Source: Pseudomonadales bacterium
GTDB taxonomy: Bacteria; Pseudomonadota; Gammaproteobacteria; Pseudomonadales; Azotimanducaceae
Assembly (NCBI GenBank): GCA_028281885.1
Contig: JANQJA010000011.1
Span: 129,200 to 193,199 of the forward strand
Length of the DNA: 64,000 nt
Direction of reading: 5' to 3'
Below are positions 19,009-27,117 of the stretch, piece by piece (position 1 is the first letter of the stretch; every line of letters begins with the position of its first letter). The translations under genes and the position numbers were made by a program. The notes beneath the pieces were generated by a model. The model made no database searches. It was not told the DNA's origin and worked only from the letters and a program-made list of their open reading frames with translations.

Positions 19009-21039
19009 ATGAATGAACCACCAATTAATGGATCGGCGCCGATCACTGTTGTTGTCACGGGCATGCACCGTTCCGGAACCTCGGCGGTTGCAGGGTATCT
19101 CGAACAACTCGGCTTCGCGGTCCCGTCAGAGACTCTGCCGCCGCATCCGCAGGACAACCCGGGTGGCTATTTTGAGCCCCGGGAACTGGTTCAGTTGAAC
19201 AATGGATTGCTGCGAGAGATGGGTGCGAGCTGGCAATCCTTCGATCCGATCGATCCCGGGTGTTTTTCTGCGGCAAATGTTGCGGGGTTCCGTTCCGATG
19301 CCAGGGCATACCTGCAGAAGGTCGGCGTCGGCAAACAATCACTGGTGCTGAAAGATCCACGTCTGACACGACTGATGCCGTTCTGGGCGCCGTTGCTGAA
19401 AGAGTGTGACCCTGATTTTCGGCTGGTTCATGTGCTGCGCGATGCCTGTTCGGTAGCGGTGTCGCTCGGACGGCGGGCACTTGATCCGAAACTTGCACCT
19501 GCAGCTATTGAGGACCCGCTCCATGGCACCTTGCTCTGGCTGCGATATAACCTGGATCTCTGTTGCCAGGCGCGGGCATTGGGCGTGTCCCCCTGGGTGG
19601 TTGGATACGAAGAATTTGTGTCGGAACGTGGGGTTCGTGAAACCCTGCTTCGCTCGCTGGGGCTCTCCGCCATCACCAAAGAATTTGTTCCAAACCGGCC
19701 GGGCCGTGCTGACGCAGAACCTGACCTCCCTGCGGACTGGATTCATGTCCTGAAGGCCGTAGCCGATGCGATCCGCAGACTCGATGTTGATGCGCTGAAC
19801 GGCATCGACGCGCTTGCATCGCAACCAATCCCCGCTTCGAATCAGAGGGCTCCGGACTTGCCCCCGGTAGAGCTTCTTGCAGCAGCGAGGGTCCGTCACG
19901 TTAGCGCACACTGGTCGAAGCCGTGGCCATATCTCGATACGCCAAAGAAGCAGACGAGTACACCAGGGCGCGATCCCGGTCGGGATGGAATTCTGTTTGT
20001 AACGGCAGATGCGGGTACCAGGGGGCATCTCTACCGGGTTAAGAACCCGGTTGATGCGCTGTCTCGAAAAGGACTGACCACGCACTGGACGACACTGGAG
20101 CACGTCTCGAGCGACCTCAGCGTCCTCGCTGGCTATCGTCATCTGATCGTGCATCGCTGTGAATGGGGCGAGGGTCTGGCAGCGTTGTATCGGGCCGCGC
20201 GCGCCGCCGGGATCAGGATCGTCTATGACATCGATGACCTGGTGTTTGATCCTGCCGTGCTGGAAGCAGGCGAGGTCGATTTCATCCAGCGTCTGAACCA
20301 GGCCGAGCGGGCCATGTGGAGGGCGCGGTTTAAGAAGTATCGTCAGGCCCTCTGCCATGCAGACCTGTCGCTGGTACCGACCGCGAGCCTACAGGAGGCG
20401 GCTGAGGCAGCGGGGACACCATCGGTGATCAAACCCAACGGGCTGAGTCCGGAGACGATCGCATTGAGTCGTTTCTGGGCATCACGGCCGCTTTCTGGTG
20501 CCAGGAGACTGGGCTATGCCAGCGGTACGCCCACTCACCAGGGAGATTTTGCGCAGATAGAAGATGTACTGATCGATTGTCTGGGGCAGCATCCCGACTG
20601 GACTATCACTGTGATTGGCCATCTCGACGTGACCTCGCTCAGAAAGCGGCTGGGAGCAGGCAGAGTCGAAACCAGGCCGGTGGTCGCACACATCAACCTT
20701 GCTTTCGAACTCGCGCGGCTCGATCTGACCGTAGCGCCGCTTGAGATGAATAACGCCTTTTGTGCTGGCAAGAGTCCGCTCAAGTGGTTCGAGGCTGCGG
20801 CCGTGGACGTACCTGTCATCGCGTCAGAGACGGGCGCGTTTCGTGATGCGATCAGGCACGGCAAAACGGGCCTGCTGGCGGCTGACGAAACTGAATGGGC
20901 AGTCGCCCTCGAGCGATTGATGTCGAGCGCCGATGAACGTCGAGCCATCGCGTCGGCAGCGAGCGAAGATGTCCTTGGCAGGTTCGCGGAAGATATTATC
21001 GCCGACGCTTTGATAAGAGAGCTGGACCTGATCGGTTGA
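19009..21039 (+). CDS. Bifunctional sulfotransferase (N-terminal) / glycosyltransferase family 1 (C-terminal) fusion protein
   Basis: The N-terminus has the 5'-PSB-like loop VVVTGMHRSGTS. The C-terminal ~340 aa contain GT1/GT4 motifs (GKSPLKWFEAAAVDVPVIASETGAFRDAIRHGKTGLLA). Confidence 0.75.
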   Translation: MNEPPINGSAPITVVVTGMHRSGTSAVAGYLEQLGFAVPSETLPPHPQDNPGGYFEPRELVQLNNGLLREMGASWQSFDPIDPGCFSAANVAGFRSDARAYLQKVGVGKQSLVLKDPRLTRLMPFWAPLLKECDPDFRLVHVLRDACSVAVSLGRRALDPKLAPAAIEDPLHGTLLWLRYNLDLCCQARALGVSPWVVGYEEFVSERGVRETLLRSLGLSAITKEFVPNRPGRADAEPDLPADWIHVLKAVADAIRRLDVDALNGIDALASQPIPASNQRAPDLPPVELLAAARVRHVSAHWSKPWPYLDTPKKQTSTPGRDPGRDGILFVTADAGTRGHLYRVKNPVDALSRKGLTTHWTTLEHVSSDLSVLAGYRHLIVHRCEWGEGLAALYRAARAAGIRIVYDIDDLVFDPAVLEAGEVDFIQRLNQAERAMWRARFKKYRQALCHADLSLVPTASLQEAAEAAGTPSVIKPNGLSPETIALSRFWASRPLSGARRLGYASGTPTHQGDFAQIEDVLIDCLGQHPDWTITVIGHLDVTSLRKRLGAGRVETRPVVAHINLAFELARLDLTVAPLEMNNAFCAGKSPLKWFEAAAVDVPVIASETGAFRDAIRHGKTGLLAADETEWAVALERLMSSADERRAIASAASEDVLGRFAEDIIADALIRELDLIG

Positions 21040-21043
21040 TATG

Positions 21044-21712
21044 CTATCGCTGAAACACGGCCATCTGCTGCGCTCTTGGATGCCGCCAGGTGTCATCGAA
21101 GGAAGCCGAAAGTCCGCCGAGTTCAGCCATCCGGCTGACTTCTTTGCGGGAATAGTGATAGGGGTTCATGTCGTGGTGGGTGACGATGCCGCCTGGCTGA
21201 TGGAGGATTTCATCGACCCATGCATCACCTGGCGCCTCGAAATAGGTTGCGTACATCGCTGCATTGGGGCCGAGCACACTCGCGGCTGATTTCAGGCACC
21301 TGACAATCTGGTCGCGGGGCAGATGGGTGAAAACGGACACTGCGACTGCCATGTCGAATGAATCGCCAAGCCTGTCGAAAGCAAATTCGCCATTGACGAT
21401 TAGTTTTGGTGCCTTTGCGGTCAGTCCTGCTTCCGTTAGCTCCACCTCGGCGGCCTTGATCAATGAAGGATTCACGTCGATGCCGTAATAGTTGCCTGTG
21501 GCCAGATAGTCGATGAAATGCAATCCACCCCGCAGGCTGCCGCAGCCGACATCCAGTAATCGGTGTTCAGGTTTCAGGCCCCGGGAGATGAGATAGTCGA
21601 GCTGCAGGCGGCCGACCTGCTCCCACATACCACCAACAAATTCGCGATGGCGCTTCTGCCGAATATCCTCGGCACTCAGTTCTTCACGGTCATATTTGCT
21701 GTTTCCGTTCAC
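21044..21712 (-). CDS. Class I SAM-dependent methyltransferase
   Basis: LLDVGCGSLRGG motif I. In-frame GTG 21712 is preceded by AAGGGGGA and lies just downstream of the OST stop (TAA at 21723-21725). The ORF-track start at 21871 would overlap the OST gene. Confidence 0.75.
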   Translation of the reverse strand: MNGNSKYDREELSAEDIRQKRHREFVGGMWEQVGRLQLDYLISRGLKPEHRLLDVGCGSLRGGLHFIDYLATGNYYGIDVNPSLIKAAEVELTEAGLTAKAPKLIVNGEFAFDRLGDSFDMAVAVSVFTHLPRDQIVRCLKSAASVLGPNAAMYATYFEAPGDAWVDEILHQPGGIVTHHDMNPYHYSRKEVSRMAELGGLSASFDDTWRHPRAQQMAVFQR

Positions 21713-21722
21713 AACGTCCCCC

Positions 21723-23882
21723 TTAATTGATCCGCCAGGCTCTTGCGGTAACGGTAGAGACCACCTCCTCGAATCCCGCGGGAGGATTGCCCAGCAAAAA
21801 CGCCTGAACAACCAGAGAATCGAGTAGTCTCGTATCGACCAGCAGTGTATCGCCGCGATCAACCCGGACAATGTAGGTCAGGTTGCCGCCTGGCCGTATA
21901 CGCCAGCGATAAGTGCGGTTGACCCTGCCCTGCGCATCCGACTCGGCAAAGATGACCTGGGAAACGTTTGCATTGGACACTGCTACCGTGCCTTTGGCCG
22001 GGTTGTCGTTGAACTGTTGGCGAAGAATCCGGCCTTCTGTTGAGGTTCCCTTGAAATAGGTGATCACCGGTGGCCTGGATGTTTCGCCTGTTCGGGGATC
22101 TACCGAACAGAAACGGTAAATCTGTCCCAGTTCGTCGAGCATCTCGTCGTTGAGAAAGAGATAGGTGTCATTCGCTGGATGACTGTCGGGAATTACCTGA
22201 CCGCCAATCAGCGCGTTGATCATCGCGTCATCCTGCCAGCGATAGCCCTGTTGCTCCACGTTCAGCGACAGCCTGCGAAGCAGGTTTCCTGCATCCTGCG
22301 CATCGCCGCAGATTAATGCATGGCTGACGGCGAAGAGCAGTTGTTGGTTGACCATCAGGCCGCCATCGATCACAACGTTGGCATTGCTGTAATAGCGCAG
22401 TGGATAGCCATAATCCCACCAGGTGATGGCCAGATCGCGGGCGCCGGCGACGTCAGCCAGTGCGGCGGCAGCCTCTGCCGTGGGGCTCAAAATGATCGGT
22501 GCCTGCAGCGAACTCCGTGCAGCTGAGACCTGGAGAACGACAACTGCACCGCAGGCGACTAGAGCCGTAGTGCGAATAAACTTCGGAACGAACGCGTTGG
22601 CCAGACAAAAGACCAGATAAGCCAGCCCCAGTGCCAGCCAGGGCACGGCGAAAATGCCGAAGCGGATGCCAAAGGGGAAAGCCAGCAATCCCAGGCCGAT
22701 CATTGGCAAGGCGATGGATAGTTCACGGCGTCTCACCATCATCAGAGCCATACCGATGACGGCGAAGACAAATATGAAGGGCGTGGCGCCCGACAGCATG
22801 CCCATGGTGTCACCGAAATCGGTCACGGACATTTCCGCGACCATCGATTGAACCTCAAGAAAAGAAAAGTTGCCCTGCGAAGCTGGCGTCTGCAGGAAAT
22901 AGAAACGGAATTTGTCGATGATGAATTCGGCGCTGGCGATCGCGATGGCCCCACAGGCAAGGACCCCGATGCCGGCGATCATCCTGGGGTTATTGAATGC
23001 AGTGGGCACTCGATCGACCAGCGGCCACAGCGCGTAGATTGCTATCGGCGCAATAAAACCAGCGATCGGCTGCAACTGGGTAACCAGTGCACCCGCCATC
23101 ATGGCCGGTATTGCGATCGCGCTGTGCTTGCCGCTCAGAAAAATGGCAATGACCCCCGCGATTGGCGTCATGGCGGCGAATACAATCCACATGGATGGAT
23201 ACCACCAGCTGCCAATGCTGATCATCAGGCTGCCAACAAGTCCGATGAGCCGCGAGCCTGTCTGCAGCGCGATGATGGTCCCGCAGGCTGCCGCTGTGGC
23301 CAGGGTGACGTTAAGCATATCGGTATCGAGGGCGCCCGGAATAGTACGGCCAAGATAGACTTCCGCTGTGGCTGCCAGGATTGCGGCGGCGAAACCCAGC
23401 CAGACAGAACCCAGTGCCGAGCCAAGCAGGACGATGGGTATGACGAGCAGGGAGCCAAGCAGGGGAGGTGCGAAAACAAAAATGTCTCCCAGTTCCAGGG
23501 GCAAAGCCAGGGCTGCGACGGCGGTCAGCTGGCTGACCGGGAATGCTGTACGCGATCTTGGATCCTGGCGGTCTTCGAGAATGTCCCGGGTGCCATCAGC
23601 CCAGGCGTAGCCGTCGTGGGTCGTGAGAATGTAACTGTCATCGAAGCGTGTATAGGGAGCATTGCCGTAGTCGATGAACCAGGTGCAACGTGCGCCGAAC
23701 GCCACGATAAAGGCAACGAAAACCAGCAACAGGATCGTCGGACGCGTCGGTTTTTCCAGTGTTATTTGCAGGCGTTCCAGTCGGGCCGGGCTTGAGCGTT
23801 TTTGGTTTCTTGCCAACTCAGGAACTCGTTTCTGTGATGGATTTTGGGGCGGATTGCATTGCGCGCGATATGCGCCGACCAA
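21723..23882 (-). CDS. pglB: PglB/STT3-type oligosaccharyltransferase (N-linked protein glycosylation)
   Basis: Polytopic N-terminal domain with HDGYAWADGTRD (23583-23618), DTDML (23313-23327) and FLEVQ. Then WWDYGYPLRYYSNANVVIDGG (WWDYG = 22407-22421) and a soluble C-terminal domain. No in-frame ATG exists near the start. Candidates are TTG 23882 or TTG 23816, the latter lying 1 nt after the acyltransferase stop. Confidence 0.85.
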   Translation of the reverse strand: MVGAYRAQCNPPQNPSQKRVPELARNQKRSSPARLERLQITLEKPTRPTILLLVFVAFIVAFGARCTWFIDYGNAPYTRFDDSYILTTHDGYAWADGTRDILEDRQDPRSRTAFPVSQLTAVAALALPLELGDIFVFAPPLLGSLLVIPIVLLGSALGSVWLGFAAAILAATAEVYLGRTIPGALDTDMLNVTLATAAACGTIIALQTGSRLIGLVGSLMISIGSWWYPSMWIVFAAMTPIAGVIAIFLSGKHSAIAIPAMMAGALVTQLQPIAGFIAPIAIYALWPLVDRVPTAFNNPRMIAGIGVLACGAIAIASAEFIIDKFRFYFLQTPASQGNFSFLEVQSMVAEMSVTDFGDTMGMLSGATPFIFVFAVIGMALMMVRRRELSIALPMIGLGLLAFPFGIRFGIFAVPWLALGLAYLVFCLANAFVPKFIRTTALVACGAVVVLQVSAARSSLQAPIILSPTAEAAAALADVAGARDLAITWWDYGYPLRYYSNANVVIDGGLMVNQQLLFAVSHALICGDAQDAGNLLRRLSLNVEQQGYRWQDDAMINALIGGQVIPDSHPANDTYLFLNDEMLDELGQIYRFCSVDPRTGETSRPPVITYFKGTSTEGRILRQQFNDNPAKGTVAVSNANVSQVIFAESDAQGRVNRTYRWRIRPGGNLTYIVRVDRGDTLLVDTRLLDSLVVQAFLLGNPPAGFEEVVSTVTARAWRIN

Positions 23883-24960
23883 GGTTCATGGCTGGCAGCT
23901 CGATCACTCGATAGGTGATTGCCGCACATCCGATCGTCGCGATCAAGGCAATCCATGCGGCCAAAAACGATGGTAACGACTCTGCCAGGGTGACAGCGCG
24001 GATTACCGGAATGTGCAGCAGATAGATGCTGAAACTGATCCGCCCGGTGATGGCCAGGGCAGGGTGACCGAGCCAGGTGCGAATGATGTCGGGTCCAAAC
24101 AGTGTGCAGGCCATGACCATACCCCAGATGATCGCGTAGGGTCCGATCCAGCCGTGAAAGTAGTCGAGTCCGATAGCATCGTTCGAGAAAACCAGCTGAG
24201 TCAGGCGTGGTACTGAAATGAGGACCAGCGACATTGACAGGCAAAACAACGCAATGCTGCAGGGTTTGAGCCAACGCCTGAGCAGAGGGGCGTAGTGGTG
24301 GCCGGCGTATGCGAGTCCCATCCCGACCATGAACGTGGGCCAGTAGGCCCAGAGGTTGATGGTATTTCGGGTGTAGGCGCCACCCCAGGGAACAACAAAT
24401 GGCAGCATAAAAAGCAAAATAAAAAGGCCGAGGCCAGCCGAGAGGTTACCGAAGCGCCCGATGAAGACAGCCGCTGCCAGCGCGACCGGCAACAGACCGT
24501 AGAACAGGAATTCAACCGGTATTGCCCAGAAGATGGAGCGGCCTTCGAGCATGGCCAGGTGCCTGAGCGCATCCGACAGGTCCATTCGGATAATACTGAT
24601 CGGCCAGGCGTAGCTGGTGGCAACGACGCAGAACAGCAGAACGGTGGTGTAGAGGGGCAGGATACGCAGGCATCGACGTAAAAGGTAACCGCACCAGTAG
24701 AGGGTGCTCCAGCCGCGGCTTTCCCTCGCCTGAATAGCCTGGTTTGTCAGTAGCCATGCGCTCAGAACGAAAAACAGGTACACGCCGGCCTTGCCGATAC
24801 CCTGAAAATCGGCGCCTGGAATAAGGTCCAGGCCAAAGCCACTGAGATGGCTCAGCAGTACGATAAGTACGGCGATACCGCGAATTCCGTCGAGGGCGGG
24901 CATGTTATTACCAAAACTGGACCTGTCGAAGCATACCCTGAGGTCGTCTGCCGATGCCAC
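23818..24960 (-). CDS. Acyltransferase family 3 (membrane O-acyltransferase)
   Basis: LDGIRGIAVLIVLLSH N-terminal motif and ~10 predicted TM helices. Sits directly upstream of the OST gene on the same strand. Confidence 0.8.
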   Translation of the reverse strand: MASADDLRVCFDRSSFGNNMPALDGIRGIAVLIVLLSHLSGFGLDLIPGADFQGIGKAGVYLFFVLSAWLLTNQAIQARESRGWSTLYWCGYLLRRCLRILPLYTTVLLFCVVATSYAWPISIIRMDLSDALRHLAMLEGRSIFWAIPVEFLFYGLLPVALAAAVFIGRFGNLSAGLGLFILLFMLPFVVPWGGAYTRNTINLWAYWPTFMVGMGLAYAGHHYAPLLRRWLKPCSIALFCLSMSLVLISVPRLTQLVFSNDAIGLDYFHGWIGPYAIIWGMVMACTLFGPDIIRTWLGHPALAITGRISFSIYLLHIPVIRAVTLAESLPSFLAAWIALIATIGCAAITYRVIELPAMNLGRRISRAMQSAPKSITETSS

Positions 24961-25153
24961 GGGATTAGCATCTTTTTCAGCAATATCATGGGGTTAGCGT
25001 GCAATTATCGGATTCTGGCCGATATTTGACCATTAAGTTGCTATAAAATAGGCGATGAAGGTCGCTCGAATTAAGATTTCGCAAAGACCAAAATCGACCC
25101 TTTCTGGTTGGTCAAATAAGCCGATAAGCGGTGTGTAGCGGGACTTTCGGCGC

Positions 25154-25182
25154 TTGACAAGGCGCAGCACGGTTCATAGTAT
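25154..25182 (+). promoter_or_regulatory. Sigma70-type promoter for the secreted-protein gene
   Basis: TTGACA (25154-25159), a 17-nt spacer, then TAGTAT (25177-25182). This predicts a 5' UTR of roughly 80-85 nt before ATG 25272. Confidence 0.55.
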
Positions 25183-25271
25183 GCGTCGTTGAGGGTGCTC
25201 TTGGCTCTCACGGAATTCCTTGGTCGACAAGGTGTTTCTTCGAACCAACAATTAAGTAGGAAACGTTTCTT

Positions 25272-26723
25272 ATGAAAAAACTGTTACTTAGTCTGGCTAT
25301 GGTTGCGACCATGGGGATTTCTGTGGGGGCCAACGCTGTAGTAGCCATTGACGATGGATCCTCTGCGGATGCAATCGCCATTGCGGGCGAGTACACCATC
25401 CCAGCAGGTGGTCTTATCACTAACTCTACAACGAACCAGCTTGATCTTTCGACAGAACTGGGCTTTGGTACTGCGCAAAACGTTTCGCGTGCGATCCGTA
25501 TTGACTGGACTAACGCAACAGTCAACGGAGAGCATACGTTCGAAGTCGACAGTTCTGACTGTACGATGGGTACGCCGGTGACTGGCGTTACCCCGTCAGT
25601 AGGTGGTTCTGGCGATTCGTTCCTGATCTTCGAATTCGATAACACTTGTGGTGAAGACTTGCCGCAGGAAGCTGGGATCTTCGTCAGGGTGGGGAGCCTG
25701 AATGTAAGCGCATTCCCCGTTACCGTTCAGTACCGACTGTTTGAAAACTCATTCGCGGCAACTGACCCGGATAACAACCCAGCAGGTTCAACCGAATCCG
25801 ATACAGTGTTGACATCTTCTGATGCTCTTGAATTTGCGGCTTCAGCAGATTCCGGTACGGAACAGATTGACGTGACTCAGGATTCCACGTTCTTTAACGG
25901 TGGTACTGGTGACGATACAACTCCGTTTGGTAATGCAACCCTGGATCTGGCTTCTCCGGCTCCGTTTATTCCGTCAGGTGGTGATCTGGTACAGCTGACC
26001 TCGGTGAGCCAGGTGGTTGACGATTCAGACAGTGACCTGACGGTAACTGGTGAGTTCGGTGCAGCTGCAAACCTCGGTTGTAACGGTTCTGCCTCATCCA
26101 CTGCAGCCAGTATTCTGGACGGTGCGGATGCTGTTTTCCCGGCCTCTGCCACGGATGATGCGACCTTCAACGGTAACGAGACGTATAGCTGTTTCTTTGA
26201 AGCTGACGGTACTACGATTATTGAAGAAACCACGTTCTCGCTGACTGCGAATCTGGCGGGTCAGACAGGATTTAACGCTTCAGTATTCGGTCCGTTCACT
26301 TTGAGTGAGTTCGACAAGAACGGTTCTTCAGCGATGGTTAACGTCCTGCTGAACAGCTCGCTCTTTGTTAACACGGTTCGTATTCTGAACAAGTCGTCCA
26401 TTGCGGGTGACGTGAGCATCACCATCTATAACGATGGCGGTGACTCGGTGACCTTCCCACTGTCAGTGGTCAATCCATTTGGCCGCAATGACATCATCAC
26501 CTCGTCAAATCTGGGTGCTGGTGAAGCGACACCTGCCATGCGAGTGAGTGACCTGATCACTGCAGCACGTACGGTTGATTCAGGCTTCGGTCAGACCTCA
26601 GCACTGAAGAACAAGTACCGCATTGTAGTTGATGCTGAGTTTGGTTCAGCAGCCAACCCGGTTCGAGTTCAGGTGACGGTTGTTTCTAACGGTTGGGGTG
26701 TCGATATCGACAACATCAACTAA
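25272..26723 (+). CDS. Secreted acidic Asn/Ser/Thr/Asp/Gly-rich protein of unknown function (candidate glycoprotein)
   Basis: Signal peptide MKKLLLSLAMVATMGISVGANA|VV. AGGA lies 10 nt upstream of the ATG. There are 11 N-X-S/T sequons and 4 Cys. Its own promoter and a strong terminator make it monocistronic. Confidence 0.8.
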   Translation: MKKLLLSLAMVATMGISVGANAVVAIDDGSSADAIAIAGEYTIPAGGLITNSTTNQLDLSTELGFGTAQNVSRAIRIDWTNATVNGEHTFEVDSSDCTMGTPVTGVTPSVGGSGDSFLIFEFDNTCGEDLPQEAGIFVRVGSLNVSAFPVTVQYRLFENSFAATDPDNNPAGSTESDTVLTSSDALEFAASADSGTEQIDVTQDSTFFNGGTGDDTTPFGNATLDLASPAPFIPSGGDLVQLTSVSQVVDDSDSDLTVTGEFGAAANLGCNGSASSTAASILDGADAVFPASATDDATFNGNETYSCFFEADGTTIIEETTFSLTANLAGQTGFNASVFGPFTLSEFDKNGSSAMVNVLLNSSLFVNTVRILNKSSIAGDVSITIYNDGGDSVTFPLSVVNPFGRNDIITSSNLGAGEATPAMRVSDLITAARTVDSGFGQTSALKNKYRIVVDAEFGSAANPVRVQVTVVSNGWGVDIDNIN

Positions 26724-26748
26724 GATGATTTAGACATCTGAAGACAAG

Positions 26749-26777
26749 AAAGCCCCTGCTCGCAGGGGCTTTTTTTT
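26749..26777 (+). terminator. Rho-independent terminator
   Basis: Stem agcccctg (26751-26758) / caggggct (26763-26770), loop ctcg, followed by seven T (26771-26777). It is preceded by an A-rich tract, so it may act in both directions. Confidence 0.85.
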
Positions 26778-27117
26778 GCCTGCAGGAACTAACGCCTGCT
26801 ATGTTGGGTTGACTGAACCGAAAGACGGAAGCGCTTTCTCTATATCGACTGGCGAAATCCTGATGTCAGGCGCGGTTAAGATTAAGCTGGCGTTGGCAGG
26901 TTAACGACGAGTTCCTCTGAACCCTGCGATAGATAAGTCTCGTCAAGGCGTTCTGGCCCGAAGGCATGGAAGTGTGTTTGGAGTGATGATGGATCGGACT
27001 AAAGTGGCGGGCCTGCTCGCAGGTTTCGATCGGCTGGCTACCGTTGCGACCTCCAATTAAGGCACGGATATCCCTGCTTGCGTTCTTAATCGACATGGTG
27101 CCTTGCGGGTTGGCTGC

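Noticed and set aside
19339-20358. 339-aa minus-strand ORF antisense to the sulfotransferase-GT1 fusion gene
   Set aside because: It is a shadow ORF with no recognisable motifs and an Arg/Pro-rich product. The plus-strand frame has clear sulfotransferase and GT1 signatures.
22848-23795. 315-aa plus-strand ORF antisense to the OST gene
   Set aside because: It overlaps completely with a minus-strand gene that carries several family-specific motifs. Its product is Arg/Gly/Asp/Cys-rich low-complexity sequence, typical of shadow ORFs in high-G+C DNA.
26866-27096. 76-aa minus-strand ORF just downstream of gspD
   Set aside because: It has no convincing RBS, no signal peptide or lipobox as a pilotin would have, and a His/Arg/Ser-rich composition. 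It is most likely non-coding spacer between gspD and the convergent terminator.
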